DNA from: Anthoceros angustus
Taxonomy: Eukaryota > Plantae > Anthocerotophyta
Direction of reading: 5' to 3'
Length of the DNA: 64,000 nt
Assembly (NCBI GenBank): GCA_010909165.1
Contig: MU008163.1
Coordinates: forward strand, 1,240,001 to 1,304,000
Positions 10,885 to 22,600 of this stretch are shown in pieces. A program made the position numbers and the translations under genes. Position 1 is the first letter of the stretch. Each line of letters begins with the position of its first letter. The notes beneath the pieces were generated by a model, which was given only the letters and a program-made list of their open reading frames with translations, made no database searches and had not been told where the DNA came from.

Positions 10885-11880
10885 GCAAACTATTGTGCTC
10901 TCCCGTACTCTCCCTCCGTCATTTCACTTCCCGGGTTGGGACACACCCCACTTGCCTAGGTAGGGTGTATCCCAACCCGGGAATTGATCCCAATTCACAG
11001 GGGCACTGTTTAGGGACTACATAAAGTCTCCGTTCTGTCTGCCCTACTTCGCCCAGTGGGAAGTGTTTCATTGCAGCATTCTGCTCAAGTGTTGTTAGTC
11101 CAGGATTGACAGGATCGAGAGAAGAAATCTAACTCTGGAATTCACTCTGCCCAACTTGAAAGTCTTGGCGATGAAGTAAGCAGCTTTTACTGCCAGTGTG
11201 GAGCTGTTGAACGTCATCAAGGGACTTCCATCGGCCCCCGAGCTGCTGGCTGTGTCTGCTCATGCAATTGTGGTTGCCCAGGGCGTGATGATAGGCTTTG
11301 TGTTCTGCATGATCACATTCTCCAAGCACAGCACAAACTCATGATCTTCAATGGCCATTTTGAACCACTCCAGTTTGTCTACACATAATTTTTGCAGACC
11401 TGATAGTCAGTTGTAGAGGAAATTTGAGTAGCTTTCTGCGAGAATGCGCTGCTGATTGTTGTCGTATGCTGCCTGGACTGATGAATAGTTTTCTAGGACA
11501 TTGTTATGACAGACTTCTCCTCAAAGACCTTCTTCGCGGTCGGGAACGTGGAGTGGGAGGACCCAATTCGTTCACAACTGAGTTCTTCATGTGGGGAATA
11601 CCTAAATACCCTGTGGTTGGTGGGTCTGCATGGTGTTGGGCATGTGATCCACAAAGACGATGGTGAAGGGACTAACAGAACAAACAGAGGATCCCATCCG
11701 GCCATGCTGCAACAAGAATGGCTTCACATCACCTGGTCAAGACCTGCCCGAAGTCCTTCTGTGTGACAAAGTGCTGATGCGTCGTTGGAACTATTCCATG
11801 CCAGGTTTTGAATACATAGAACTTACTTAGCTTACTGCAATGATCCCCCCATTTTGTGCTGCTGCTGCTGCTGCTCTGGG
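10885..11880 (-). repeat. Copy 2 of the PME/LRR-like chimeric module
   Basis: PME fragment at 11040-11340 (NAAMKHFPLGEVGQ; WADTASSSG-type segment) plus an LRR-like segment homologous to 8500-9050. Confidence 0.75.
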
Positions 11881-12345
11881 AACGGGCAGAACGAAGAAAT
11901 GAAAGATTTTTTGACAGCTACATGGGGACAGCGCCTGTCTATCCAGTCAGTCAAAGGCAATTGCTGACGTTGTGCAGTGGGAAACAAAGCAAGGGTACTG
12001 GCTAAAACTGAGCGGAAAGCATGTGCAAAGTCATCCTTACCAAGTTCAGCTCCCCTCCATATTTCAGATCGGCCTTGAGTTTTTTTCATCTGGGAGGCAC
12101 AGAATGGGGGTCCTCCTGCGTATGGTCAGGTCCAGGGGATGGCTCTTCAAGCGGACTGGGGTGATGTAACAGTTGCTGTACCGTTGGACTGGCCAGGCCA
12201 AGTTTGTGGCTTGTCAGATGAGCTTAGCACGATGTGCAAGGCAGCAAGGAGGTATCTTGATTCGAGGCCTACCGTACAGAGGATTACCAGCAAGAATGGC
12301 CTCACATTATCTAGTCAAGACCTGCTGCAGGTCAACAGGTGGCCG

Positions 12346-14077
12346 TTAAAAGCCCTGCCCGCAATGTGAAGTTTCTGGATGGGTCGAGAATTGCTCGTGA
12401 ACTATCTACTGCCGGGACACCCTTCCACAGCAAAGCTAGTTCTTCGAGCAAGGGTTGTAGGTAGATATCCATATTGCTCACCTGGGAGGGGCCCGGGATA
12501 ATAAGTGGCATGAGAATGCAAGTCTTTTTTGGTGACATCCATGGTGGAAGATTGTGGATTTGCAGCAGAACAGCCATATGGAGTAAGAGCAGGACTGGTG
12601 GCCGCCAGGATTGAGGCCATCGGTAGAAATGCCAAGCCGAATGTTGCGGCTGTCCATCCCGAAATTGTCCTGGGCATCTAGAGCTTGCCAGGCCGGGGTG
12701 TCAGCCAGAATGCGCAATTTATGATCTGGGCTTCGGGCGGTGTGATGCCAGGACATTAGCTGTGCAAGACGCGGGCACATGAACATTCGCCAAAGTCTTT
12801 CCACAAGTGGAAAATATAACAGTATTTTGCGTGCAACAGGCTTGCTCCGTGGCACGGATGGAGCATGCCGTGGTTCCCCACACTGGGGGACACTCAAGCT
12901 CTTCAGCCAGATCACCCCAGAAAATACAGCGGTCACTGACGCAGGCGTCCACACGATGATAACTGTGACCGACCTGCAGCATGAACTTTTTTGCAGCTTG
13001 CCGAGAGGCTGGCATGGAATTGGGCCGCGGCAGCAGAATTCCGAAGCCATCTGAAAGAGAGCAGTCATTGCGGTATCTGATATGGCAAACCTATCCTGGA
13101 AATTGAGCAAAGCAAGAGTGGCAGAGAGCTCTGTCTCTGTGCTCTGGCATATATGCAGCCTCGACCTTCCAGAGGGGTGTGGTGGCAAGGGCGTTGAGGG
13201 ATGCCTTCCAGCGGTCGTCAACACCAGCAACCAAGGTATAGTCCGGCCCTGGCGGTGGATCTGACTCCTCGCACTCAGGTGGTGAATTGGGGGGCTCCGA
13301 ATCCTGAGAGGGGAGCCCCCCATCGCCAGTGGCTGGTGGGACGGGGACCAACCCTGGTTGCGCAAGCGCGACATCCGGCTGTCTTCGGATAGCGACGTCC
13401 CTGAGAGCTAAACCTTGCGTGCACGACATGTTATGTGTGAGAGCAGCAATAGTTAGAAGAGATCGACGCCCGAGATTTGGTTCAATCCAATTCGGGCAAT
13501 TTGGGGAGAATGATTGCGTACCCGCGATCCAAGGAATGTAAGCCAACTTTGGACATGGCGCCTAGAAACGTCTGCCCGCTGTCTCGTCTGGAAGGGTTCG
13601 CACTCGGGGCAGGGACCATACATGCGCAGAATCTGCCTGTCTCGGACCGGGCCTTCCATGGCTTGCAGGCTGACAAACACGGTGCAGAAATAGGGGCTGC
13701 CCCTCGCTAAGTGCCCTTCTGCTCGACTGACTGCAAATGCACCGACCCAACGGATATGCCCGGGGTACAAGCCCATTCTCGCTTACCCAGTAATGTGCAA
13801 TGTCTGGGTAATGAGCAATGTGTGCCCATGGCCAGTCAGCTCGGATAGGGTGTTCCGTCACCACGGATGGCAAGTGGTCACATATGATGTGCTTTAGCTT
13901 TCGTGAAGCCTGATTATAACGTGTATGAGCACTGCATCAAAAAAATACTAACCTGACTTGCAACCAAAATGCACGGATGAGATAGCGCGTCCTTCGACCT
14001 GGTGGACGTCAAATGAGAAAGACAAGAGACATCCGTGAAATAGGCCACGTCTTAAAGGCCCTTGCATTGTAGTAGTG
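12346..14077 (-). mobile_element. Truncated CACTA/En-Spm element (tnp2/Transposase_21 relic)
   Basis: Frameshifted DSRNIRLGISTDGLNP..SYSIW / HNLPPW..LIIPGP..DIYLQPLLEELALLWKG and a CPECxx transposase-associated segment. A CACTACTACA terminus lies on the minus strand, ending at 14077 at the junction with the PME module. Confidence 0.88.
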
Positions 14078-15060
14078 TAATGTGCTCTCGCCAGGAGCAC
14101 TGCTTCGCCCGGCGGGAAGTGGTGCATTGCAGCATTCTGCACCAGGTGGTGTTAATCCGAGGTTGGCAGGATCAAGGTAAGGACAAAATCTGATGCTGGA
14201 ATTCACACTGCCCCGCCTTCGAAAGTGATGGCCTAGGCGATGAAGTAGGCAGCGTTTACTGTCACTCTGGAACTGTTGAACGTCGTCAAGGGGCTTCCAT
14301 CGGCTCCGGAGCTGCTGGCCGTGTCTGCCCATGCGATTATGGTTGCCTCGGGCGTGATGATAGGCTTTATGTTCAGGATCTCACACTCTCCAAGCACAGC
14401 ACAAACTCATAATCTTTAATTGCAATTTCAAAGATACCTAGTTTGCCTACAGGTAACTTTTGCAGACCTGCGATTCAGGTGTGAAGGAAAGTTGAACTCA
14501 GCATGGTAGCTTCTTGTAAGCATGCAAGTGAGAACGCGCTGCAGATTGTTGTGAGGAACTGAGTACTCGGATGCCTGGTCTGACATATAGTTTTTTGTTG
14601 CTGTTATGACAGACTTCTCCACAAGGACCTTTCCCACAGTTGGAACATGGAAGGACCCCAATTTTCAAGCAATTCAGTCTCCACATGTGCAATACCACTA
14701 TAGTTTGCGGTTGGTGGGTCTGCATGATGTTGGGCATGTGACACAATGAAGATGGTGGAAGACATTGACGGAAGAAGCACAGGATCCCATCCGGCCATGC
14801 TGCTACAAAAATGGCTTCACATCACCTTGAGAAGATCTTGGCAGGCCTTGTGTGTGATCAAGTGCTGGTGCCTCGTTCGAACTATTCAAGGCCACGTGAT
14901 GCGTAAGTACAGCTTACGCAGCTTATTGCAATGTTCTACCCATTCTTGTGCCACTTCTGGGGATGTGCAGGAGCAACAAATGAAGCTCCTCTCGTCCAAA
15001 ACACTGCTGTTGTCGAAAATCAATCTTGTCCAGAATTTATACCTAGAAACGCTATACATA
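14078..15060 (-). repeat. Copy 3 of the PME/LRR-like chimeric module
   Basis: Highly similar to 7951-9120; minus-strand frame KFWTRLIFDNSSVLDERSF..HCNKLRKLYL is LRR/F-box-LRR-like. Confidence 0.75.
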
Positions 15061-16429
15061 TATTCATGTAGTAAACAGCGTCTATGTAGAAAGCGTTTCA
15101 TGAGAAACCCCTTTTTGCACACCACGGACTGGACCCCTTTTTGCACTTGAAAAAATCCGCACTATAATCAGCCTTTTTGGTATTTCTCTGCAGACATGTC
15201 ACCCGTAACCTTTTGAATAATTATTTTGATACACGTTATTTGAGATTGTAAATTGCAAGTATTTGGCAAAAACCTAAAGTCTCATTCTCGTTCGGCTTTT
15301 TCTTTCAAACTGGACATGTCACCCGTAACCTTTTGGTGGCAAACTTGTGCGCACTTATCTAGCAGTTTTCCAACACCTGGCAATGATTGCCAGGTGTTGG
15401 ACGTTTACAAACGTTTAGAGTTTTTAGGGCTTGCTGTAATTTTGGTGCGCAAACTTGTTTGTGCACCAACCTTTCATTCATACCAATCAATCCTAAGACT
15501 GTACTCTTACTCTTGCTCTGGGAATTTTATAGGACTTTGTTTCTTAGACATTGGGACAATAATATCTTCATTGACCTGATGCTCTTGATCCGCATGCAGT
15601 GCGAGAATGAGAGTGGCATGGTTTGCACTTGGAGCTGGGCCCACGCCAAACGTCTCAAGATTCAAAAGATGCAAAAGGTTTTACTACTAGTTCAAAGTTT
15701 TAACCACGAGAAAAAAGATGAGGGTTAAGTAGAGATAAGAACATATTCACGTTAGGGAGGTGCACAAAAAAGGTTGAAAAGGTCGAAAGGAACCCTTTAA
15801 AACAACAAAAATATTATAAAAAATACCAAAAAATTCACAAAAATATCAAAATTTTAGGGCAAGTGCGCACACTTGCCTCAAAAAATTGGACTTTTTTGGG
15901 ATTTTTTGGGGGTTTTTTAGATTTTTTGCTCTTTTTTTCTTTGGATGACTCGTCTGGGAATGCACTGGGAGGCATGAACCATATGGGTTCATGCTCCTAG
16001 GCCTTTCTTGACCTTGGGTGCGTACACTTGTGCGCGCACCTGGGACCCCTTGCCCCCTAGTGCACGCACTTGTTCACCCAGCTGGGCCCCCCTGGCATGT
16101 TTGATGATAACCTGGTACTAGGTCACAGCCGAAAGAGACGGAAACACCGCAAAGGATAAAAAGGGGATAGGGTGGTCTTCGTCGCACTAGGGCATAGGAT
16201 AGATATTCGAGTTCACGAAGGTGAGTGAAGACGTCCACCAAGTCCAAATTCATCTGCGCCAAAGAATTTCCAAGAGAAGAAAGACGGTCAAATTGAGTAT
16301 AATCTCTTTGCAGCATAATATATGAATAGCCTGATTCTAAGTATATTTTGATATTCTAACAACTCCTCCAAATTTTGGTCTTAGTACTAAAGGGGTTACG
16401 TAGTGCTGAGAGGCTCTTGGTACAACAAA

Positions 16430-17586
16430 TGTAAGTTTGTCGGGTTTGTTTCTTTATGTCGCTTCAGAGTAACTCCTAATAGAATATCAGTCTATTTATA
16501 TCTGCTTCAGAGTAACTCCTATTAGAATATCAGTCTAGTTTAGTTAGGCAACCCCTACACTCCAAGAGTCACACCCTTTCGGGGAGACTATAAGACATGT
16601 TATAAGCCAAGTACAACACCTAATTAATTCACTTTTTCTCTTTATGTTTACAGCATCACATCCACTAATCTAATATGGTATCAGAGCACTAGGATAGATG
16701 CTCGCTCCTAATGGCTAGATCTAGCGCATACAACTACCTTGGTAGAGATGATCGAACTCTACGTTAGACTGTGGGTCGAGACCATTCTCAACCTTTTTTG
16801 GTCGGCAGAATGGATTGACTACACCATCCTTTTGGATGCTACAATGATGTCCCGAATATAACATCCCTATGTGTTTGCCCACGCACTCACACGAGTCTAA
16901 GCATCGACATCAAATGGCTTAGCACCTAGGCCAAGCAATTTGTCTAAGAAATTAGGCTTAGCAATTAAGCATAATAGTCAGTTTGGTTAGGGTGGATTTA
17001 CCTCCTTAATTCTTTAGGCCCCTTCAAATCTCGTGATTTGATGGGCCACTAGCTCGACCCCTTCCTAGGATGGGAAAGAGGCATTTTGCCTCTTCTCTCC
17101 TATACCATCAGCTTCCTTGCTCTTCTCCATGGCCAGGCACTCACCCTCAAGAGCCCGAGGGCAACGTTCACAAGCCACACACCATGGACAACACCACCGT
17201 TGAAGCCACCCCACGAATTATGTAAATTTCGGCCTGTCATCGCACCTCGGTGGATGCGGAGCTTATCGCCATATGTTTTGGCGTTGCTTCTCAACAATTT
17301 TATTGTGCAGTGCCACTTCGAAGCCGTCCAAGCCAATAATCCTTCGTGCCTGATTTATCATCTTCACCCCAATCTCAATTGCAGATGTTCTAGCCTCGGA
17401 TGCCCTTCTCACGGATGGACAAAAGATGAATTTGACCCCAATCAGCCTACTGCATGGAGTGCTGGGATGGGCGACCCTCCCCATGATACTTCCGCACCAG
17501 AATTCGGAGGTTTCTAATTGAATTGTGCAGGAATAGGCGATAGGAATCTCAGCGCATGCCAGCCCAGAGGCTTGCTGCACACTGCA
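16430..17586 (+). mobile_element. 5' remnant of an LTR retrotransposon (putative LTR, tRNA-Met PBS, degenerate internal region)
   Basis: TGGTATCAGAGC at 16676-16687 is the canonical initiator tRNA-Met primer-binding site. It follows an AT-rich segment containing a 43-bp tandem duplication. The LTR start is approximate and no partner LTR was found. Confidence 0.6.
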
Positions 17587-18990
17587 GGGTGTAGGCCCGG
17601 TTAGGTATACCACATTTTGTGACATATGCAAATGTGCACTATGTGCTGCATATACGGCGAGTTTCGATTATCCAATATTTATATAGTTTGAAGTTAAGTC
17701 AAATTTGGAGCATGAACATGTCATGTACAAGAACTTGGGAAGTACGGCTCGGGCGTGAAGCCGTGGCGGTTTCGACTTCAGGAGCTCTCGAGGCGCCGCC
17801 ACACCATGGACAACACCACCGTTGAAGCCACCCACCTAATTATGTAAATTTCGGCTCATCGCACCTCGGTGGATGCGGAGCTTATCGCCATATGTTTTGG
17901 CGTTGCTTCTCAACAATTTTATTGTGCAGTGCCACTTCGAAGCCGTCCAAGCCAATAATCCTTCGTGCCTGATTTATCATCTTCACCCCAATCTCAATTG
18001 CAGATGTTCTAGCCTCGGATGCCCTTCTCACGGATGGACAAAAGATGAATTTGACCCCAATCTCGCATGGAGTCTTTGGGATGGGCGACCCTCCCATGAT
18101 ACTTCCGCACTGTAATCGGAGGTTTCTAATTGAATTGTGCAGAATAGGCGATAGGAATCTCGGCCACCAGGAGGCTTGCTTTGCCGAGTGTAGGCCCGGT
18201 TAGGTATACCACATTTTGTGACATATGCAAATGTGCACTATGTCTTTGCATATCTGGAGTTTCGATTATCCAATATTTATATAGTTTGAAGTTAAGTCAA
18301 ATTTGGAGCGTGAACATGTCATGTACAAGAACTTGGGAACTGAAGTACCGGCTCGGGCGTGAAGCCGTGGCGGTTTCGACTTCAGGAGCTCTCGAGGCGC
18401 CGCCACACCATGGACAACACCACCGTTGAAGCCACCCACCTAATTATGTAAATTTCGGCTCATCGCACCTCGGTGGATGCGGAGCTTATCGCCATATGTT
18501 TTGGTTGCTTCTCAACAATTTTATTGTGCGGTGCCACTGCCGTCCAAGCCAATAATCCTTCGTGCACGATTTATCATCTTCACCCCAATCTCAATTGCGG
18601 ATGTTCTAGCCTCGGATGCCCTTCTCACGGATGGACAAAAGATGAATTTGACCCAATCTCGCATGGAGTCTTTGGGATGGGCGACCCTCCCATGATACTT
18701 CCGCACTGTAATCGGAGGTTTCTAATTGAATTGTGCAGAATAGGCGATAGGAATCTCGGCCACCAGGAGGCTTGCTTTGCCGAGTGTAGGCCCGGTTAGG
18801 TATACCACATTTTGTGACATATGCAAATGTGCACTATGTCTTTGCATATCTGGAGTTTCGATTATCCAATATTTATATAGTTTGAAGTTAAGTCAAATTT
18901 GGAGCATGAACATGTCATGTACAGATGAACTTGGGAACTGAAATGGCTCGGGCGTGAAGCCGTGGCGGTTTCGACTTGAGGAGCTCGGGC
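17150..18990. repeat. Three tandem ~600-bp units, each consisting of flank plus the transposon left end
   Basis: GCCACACCATGGACAACACCACC starts each unit (~17175, ~17797, ~18401); each unit contains the TIR (17587, 18186, 18782). Confidence 0.92.
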
Positions 18991-19650
18991 GTGGCTGCCA
19001 CCACCATCGCCATTTGGAGTGTTCAGAGGAAGGGAGGAGGGTGCCCAACTCAGCCACAATGAGGTCCCCACGGTTAGAGGCCAGGCAGGCGCGGCGGAAG
19101 GGAGATCGGGCCAGCGCCGCCGGGGAGGACAGCCAAGTTCGGAGCCACCAATCTGCGAGGTGCGAGGTCGCCTGAGCTGCAATTGCTGGGGTTCGGGGCT
19201 TGCGTTTGCTGCCATGACCCTGCTCTGACAGCATCTGTGCCCACTGTAGGAAACGCCCACCTAGGAGCTCGGAAGCCAGGATGCGGACGGCCTCCAGGTA
19301 TGATTGCATGTTTGGAAAGTTTAGGGTGCGATTGGGTGAGGTGGTGATCGTCAAGTGCAAGGCCTCTTACGCCCAAGGTGGGAGGCACCTCTAAGCTCAT
19401 GTCCCGAGACCCGGCTTGTGGAGCCCTCCTCGAGCCCAGGCTGTGGTTTGGGGCCAGGACATGGGCCTCGTCTGCACGGCGAGAGCTGCAGATGGCGGAG
19501 GACAAGGGGCAGGCCGTCGCGATGGGGACTTGGCCAGCTCGGTAGTAGTGGCCAGCTCAAGGCAGTGCTCGGAGTGCTTTTCATGCTGCAGATGTGGATG
19601 GTGCTTGCTGTCTGCCTAACCGTGCTTTCCATTTAACTTAACAGTGGTCC

Positions 19651-22600
19651 TTGATGTGGGTTGTGTGTGCGAGGAATTCATCTAAGGCGACGTCCGAGCT
19701 TGAAGAAAGCGAGGACGCCAGATGTGGAAGACCACACTGTGAGGGGAGCTGGGCACTCATCCGCAGAGTGACGAGACCGGAGGTGAGGTGGAAGCGACCT
19801 CACCGAGGTGCCCAAGCCAAGTGGCGATCCATGGAATCCAAAAGTAGGGCAGCGGAAAAGCGGAGCCGGAAAGGGAAGGAGCGCCGAGCAGCAGCAAAGA
19901 GAGCGCTTCTGGAGGGAATATGGGCAGAAGCGAAAGAGCCCATGGCAAGATGGACATGGAGGGCGGCTGATGGCAGCATCCGTTGTGCTGGGGTGGATGT
20001 CAAAGACTTGGGGCTCGCAAATGGACTGAGGGAAATGTTGGGGAATGAGGAGGTGGAGAAGCTTTTTGGCCCCCCCAGTTTTAACGAGGGGCATGGTTGG
20101 CGGGGAACTGCTGCCCTCAGCGAAGAAGAATGGAGGGAAATTGATGTTCTTGTTTATGGCATGTACGAGTTGAGGCCCAGCTTGGGGGAGAAGCGGATCC
20201 CTAGGCTTATGGCCCTTGGGATTGCGCTGGAGAAACTTGCTGGCGTTGAGGTGAACTGGAGGGTGTTTCACGAGAAGACCCAATCCGGAAGGAATAAGAA
20301 GAAATACGAGAGGAAAGCGGGCGGGCGGTGAAGGCTGCAGGAGTCAAGGAGGAAGAGCCCCTACTCATTGTAGGGAAGCCCACAGGACATGAGCAGCAGC
20401 CACCTCATGGTAGGATGTGCTTGTTTTTATTTTGTCTCCAAGGTTGTCTAACATGCACGATTTATCTTCCTGTTCCGCATGCAGTCGCTAAGTCCTCTAG
20501 ACTACCTAGTATCCTCTAAGGAGCACCTGTGACGGCCCTCCTTGTCACCAACCTTTTGACATAGTGTAGGCTCATGTGAAGTGCACCATGCACTAGCTTA
20601 TCCCGTGAACTCGACTGTTGTTGAGCGACATGTCGTCGCACCTAGTCATGTCTGTTTGTTTCTCATCCGCTTGGTGTGCCCAATGTCAGTTTATCTGCAG
20701 TTTGTTCCACCTGTGTGTACAAGGCCACTTTGCTCGCACTCGTCCACTCACATGTGCGTTGCACCGATCATTTGCTATGTGTCATCTTCCACTTCGTGCC
20801 CAATGTCATTTTTCCGCACATTTGTTCCACCTGTGCACAATGCCACTTTGCTCGCACTCGTCCACTGCCACATGTGCATTGCACCCTCGTCATTTGCTCG
20901 CCGTCTTCCACTTCGTGCCCAATGTCATTTTTCCGCACATTTGTTCCACCTGTGCACAATGCCACTTTGCATGCACGTCCACTCGCCACATGTGCGTTGC
21001 ACCGATCATTTGCTCGTATCATCTTCCACTTCGTGCCCAAGGCCACTTTTCCTAGGCATATTGGTTCTACCTGGTGGCACAATGCCACTTTGCATGCAAT
21101 AATGTTCCACTGGAAGGGTGGATGGGTAACTTACTGGTGATGATCAGGTGAGGGCAGCACGCGAAGGAAGAGCAAGGTGGCTACCATCCTCAGCGACCAC
21201 CTGATCCGTATCGCTGGGGAGTTGACAGATGTGAATCTGCAACTTGACAAGGTGGATGCCACTGCAAAGGAGGTGAAGCAAGCATTGACTGGTGAAAAAC
21301 AGAGACTTGGGGAGGTGGCGTTCGACATCCGCAAGTGTTCTCAAGAAATGGAGATGGTGCAGAAGAGCATTGACGAGGACGAGACTTTTGAGGACATTCA
21401 AGGGCACAGATCCCTAATCAGCCACCTTTCGGGCCAGCTTGAAGCCTTGTACACTGGAGAAAAGCCCACCTTCGGGCCGCTTCAAGCCTTGTACACTGGA
21501 GAAAAGCACAGACCTTGGGTTGAGGAGTTAGCGGCAGAGGACTGCCGCCAACATGAGCTTGAGGCTTGCGTTGTTGACCGAAAGGAGGCGGATGTTCAAC
21601 ATCCTCAAGTCTCTTGCAGCATCATGGATGTTGAAGTGGAAGGGAGGCCTGGTCGCACCAACTTCCTTCCAGCGCCATTGAGCGGACGACCGCCAACAAT
21701 TGTGAATGCTTGCCCTATATGCGCAAGGTATTCTTTTTGCACCGGGCGGATCTGCTTTTCGAACGGTGTCCACCTTGTTTCTCATTGAGTGCGTGTCATT
21801 GCAGGTGGTTTGGCTGCAATGAGCGGTTTTGCTCGTCGGGCATATGTACCATGAATTTTGCCTTTTTCCCATTTGCACCAACAAGACATGTGCCCCGAAG
21901 ACTGCAGATGGATGTGGACACTGGTGGTATGTCGCAAAGGTTGGGACCTTCCAGCGCCATTGGAGCGAGGTGCAGTGAACAGCTCAAGGAGTGGAAATCT
22001 GAGTACCTTGAGCTGGTAAAGGATCCGGATGCATTGCTGTCCCGCCTTGAGAAGATCCGCCGTAGCCACCGCCAGGACATGCGGGCAGCAGCATCTCCAG
22101 GTGTGTGTAGAGGGGTGTGTGCCGAGGAATAGGGTTCTCCCTTTGCACCTGTGTTGCTTTCCCTCCAAAGTCTAATGCTATCATCGCGTTTTTTTCTGCA
22201 GCTTGCTATGAAAAAGCCGTCGGTGACAAGTGCCAGTCGCCGTGTTCCCATTCGGAACACGGCCACTCTTTTTGCCACCCCTGGCGGCGGCTCTTACGGC
22301 TCAGTTTTTGGCGTGCGGTCGAGAGCAGGGGTGCTTGGACCCCGCCCTCGGTGAAAAAAACGGCTCCAATGCAAGGGGGTCAATCTGGTGTAGGCCTCGA
22401 GAAGGTTGCAACAATGGAATTGCTGCAGGTTGATGACACCCACGCTGGAGCCGGATCACAGGAAGACCCAGTGGCTGTGGAACGAGGTGCAGTGTGGGGG
22501 GAGGCAGATCAGGAGGTTCATGGAGGTGATGACGTGGTTGGCGGCTTAGTGGACGACATCCAATCCCAAGCACTTGATGACTTTTACATGATGCGAAGTT

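Noticed and set aside
10906-10920. Stowaway-like terminus (CTCCCTCCGTC)
   Set aside because: No matching ACGGAGGGAG right end nearby.
12478-13374. 298-aa ORF as an intact transposase
   Set aside because: Homology switches frames several times and the element is truncated at ~12346.
15972-16000. Helitron 3' end (hairpin plus CTAG)
   Set aside because: The hairpin is only 2 nt from CTAG, the next base is G rather than T, and no 5' TC end could be defined.
16074-16316. 80-aa ORF (MLQRDYTQF..)
   Set aside because: No recognisable motif or splice support.
20581-21140. Cys/His-rich ORFs as metal-binding proteins
   Set aside because: They are translations of the 119-bp tandem array and are open in several frames.
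21177-22000. RING finger as RBX1, completing an SCF operon
   Set aside because: It lacks the RBX1 sequence context and no cullin is present; kept only as a generic RING-H2.
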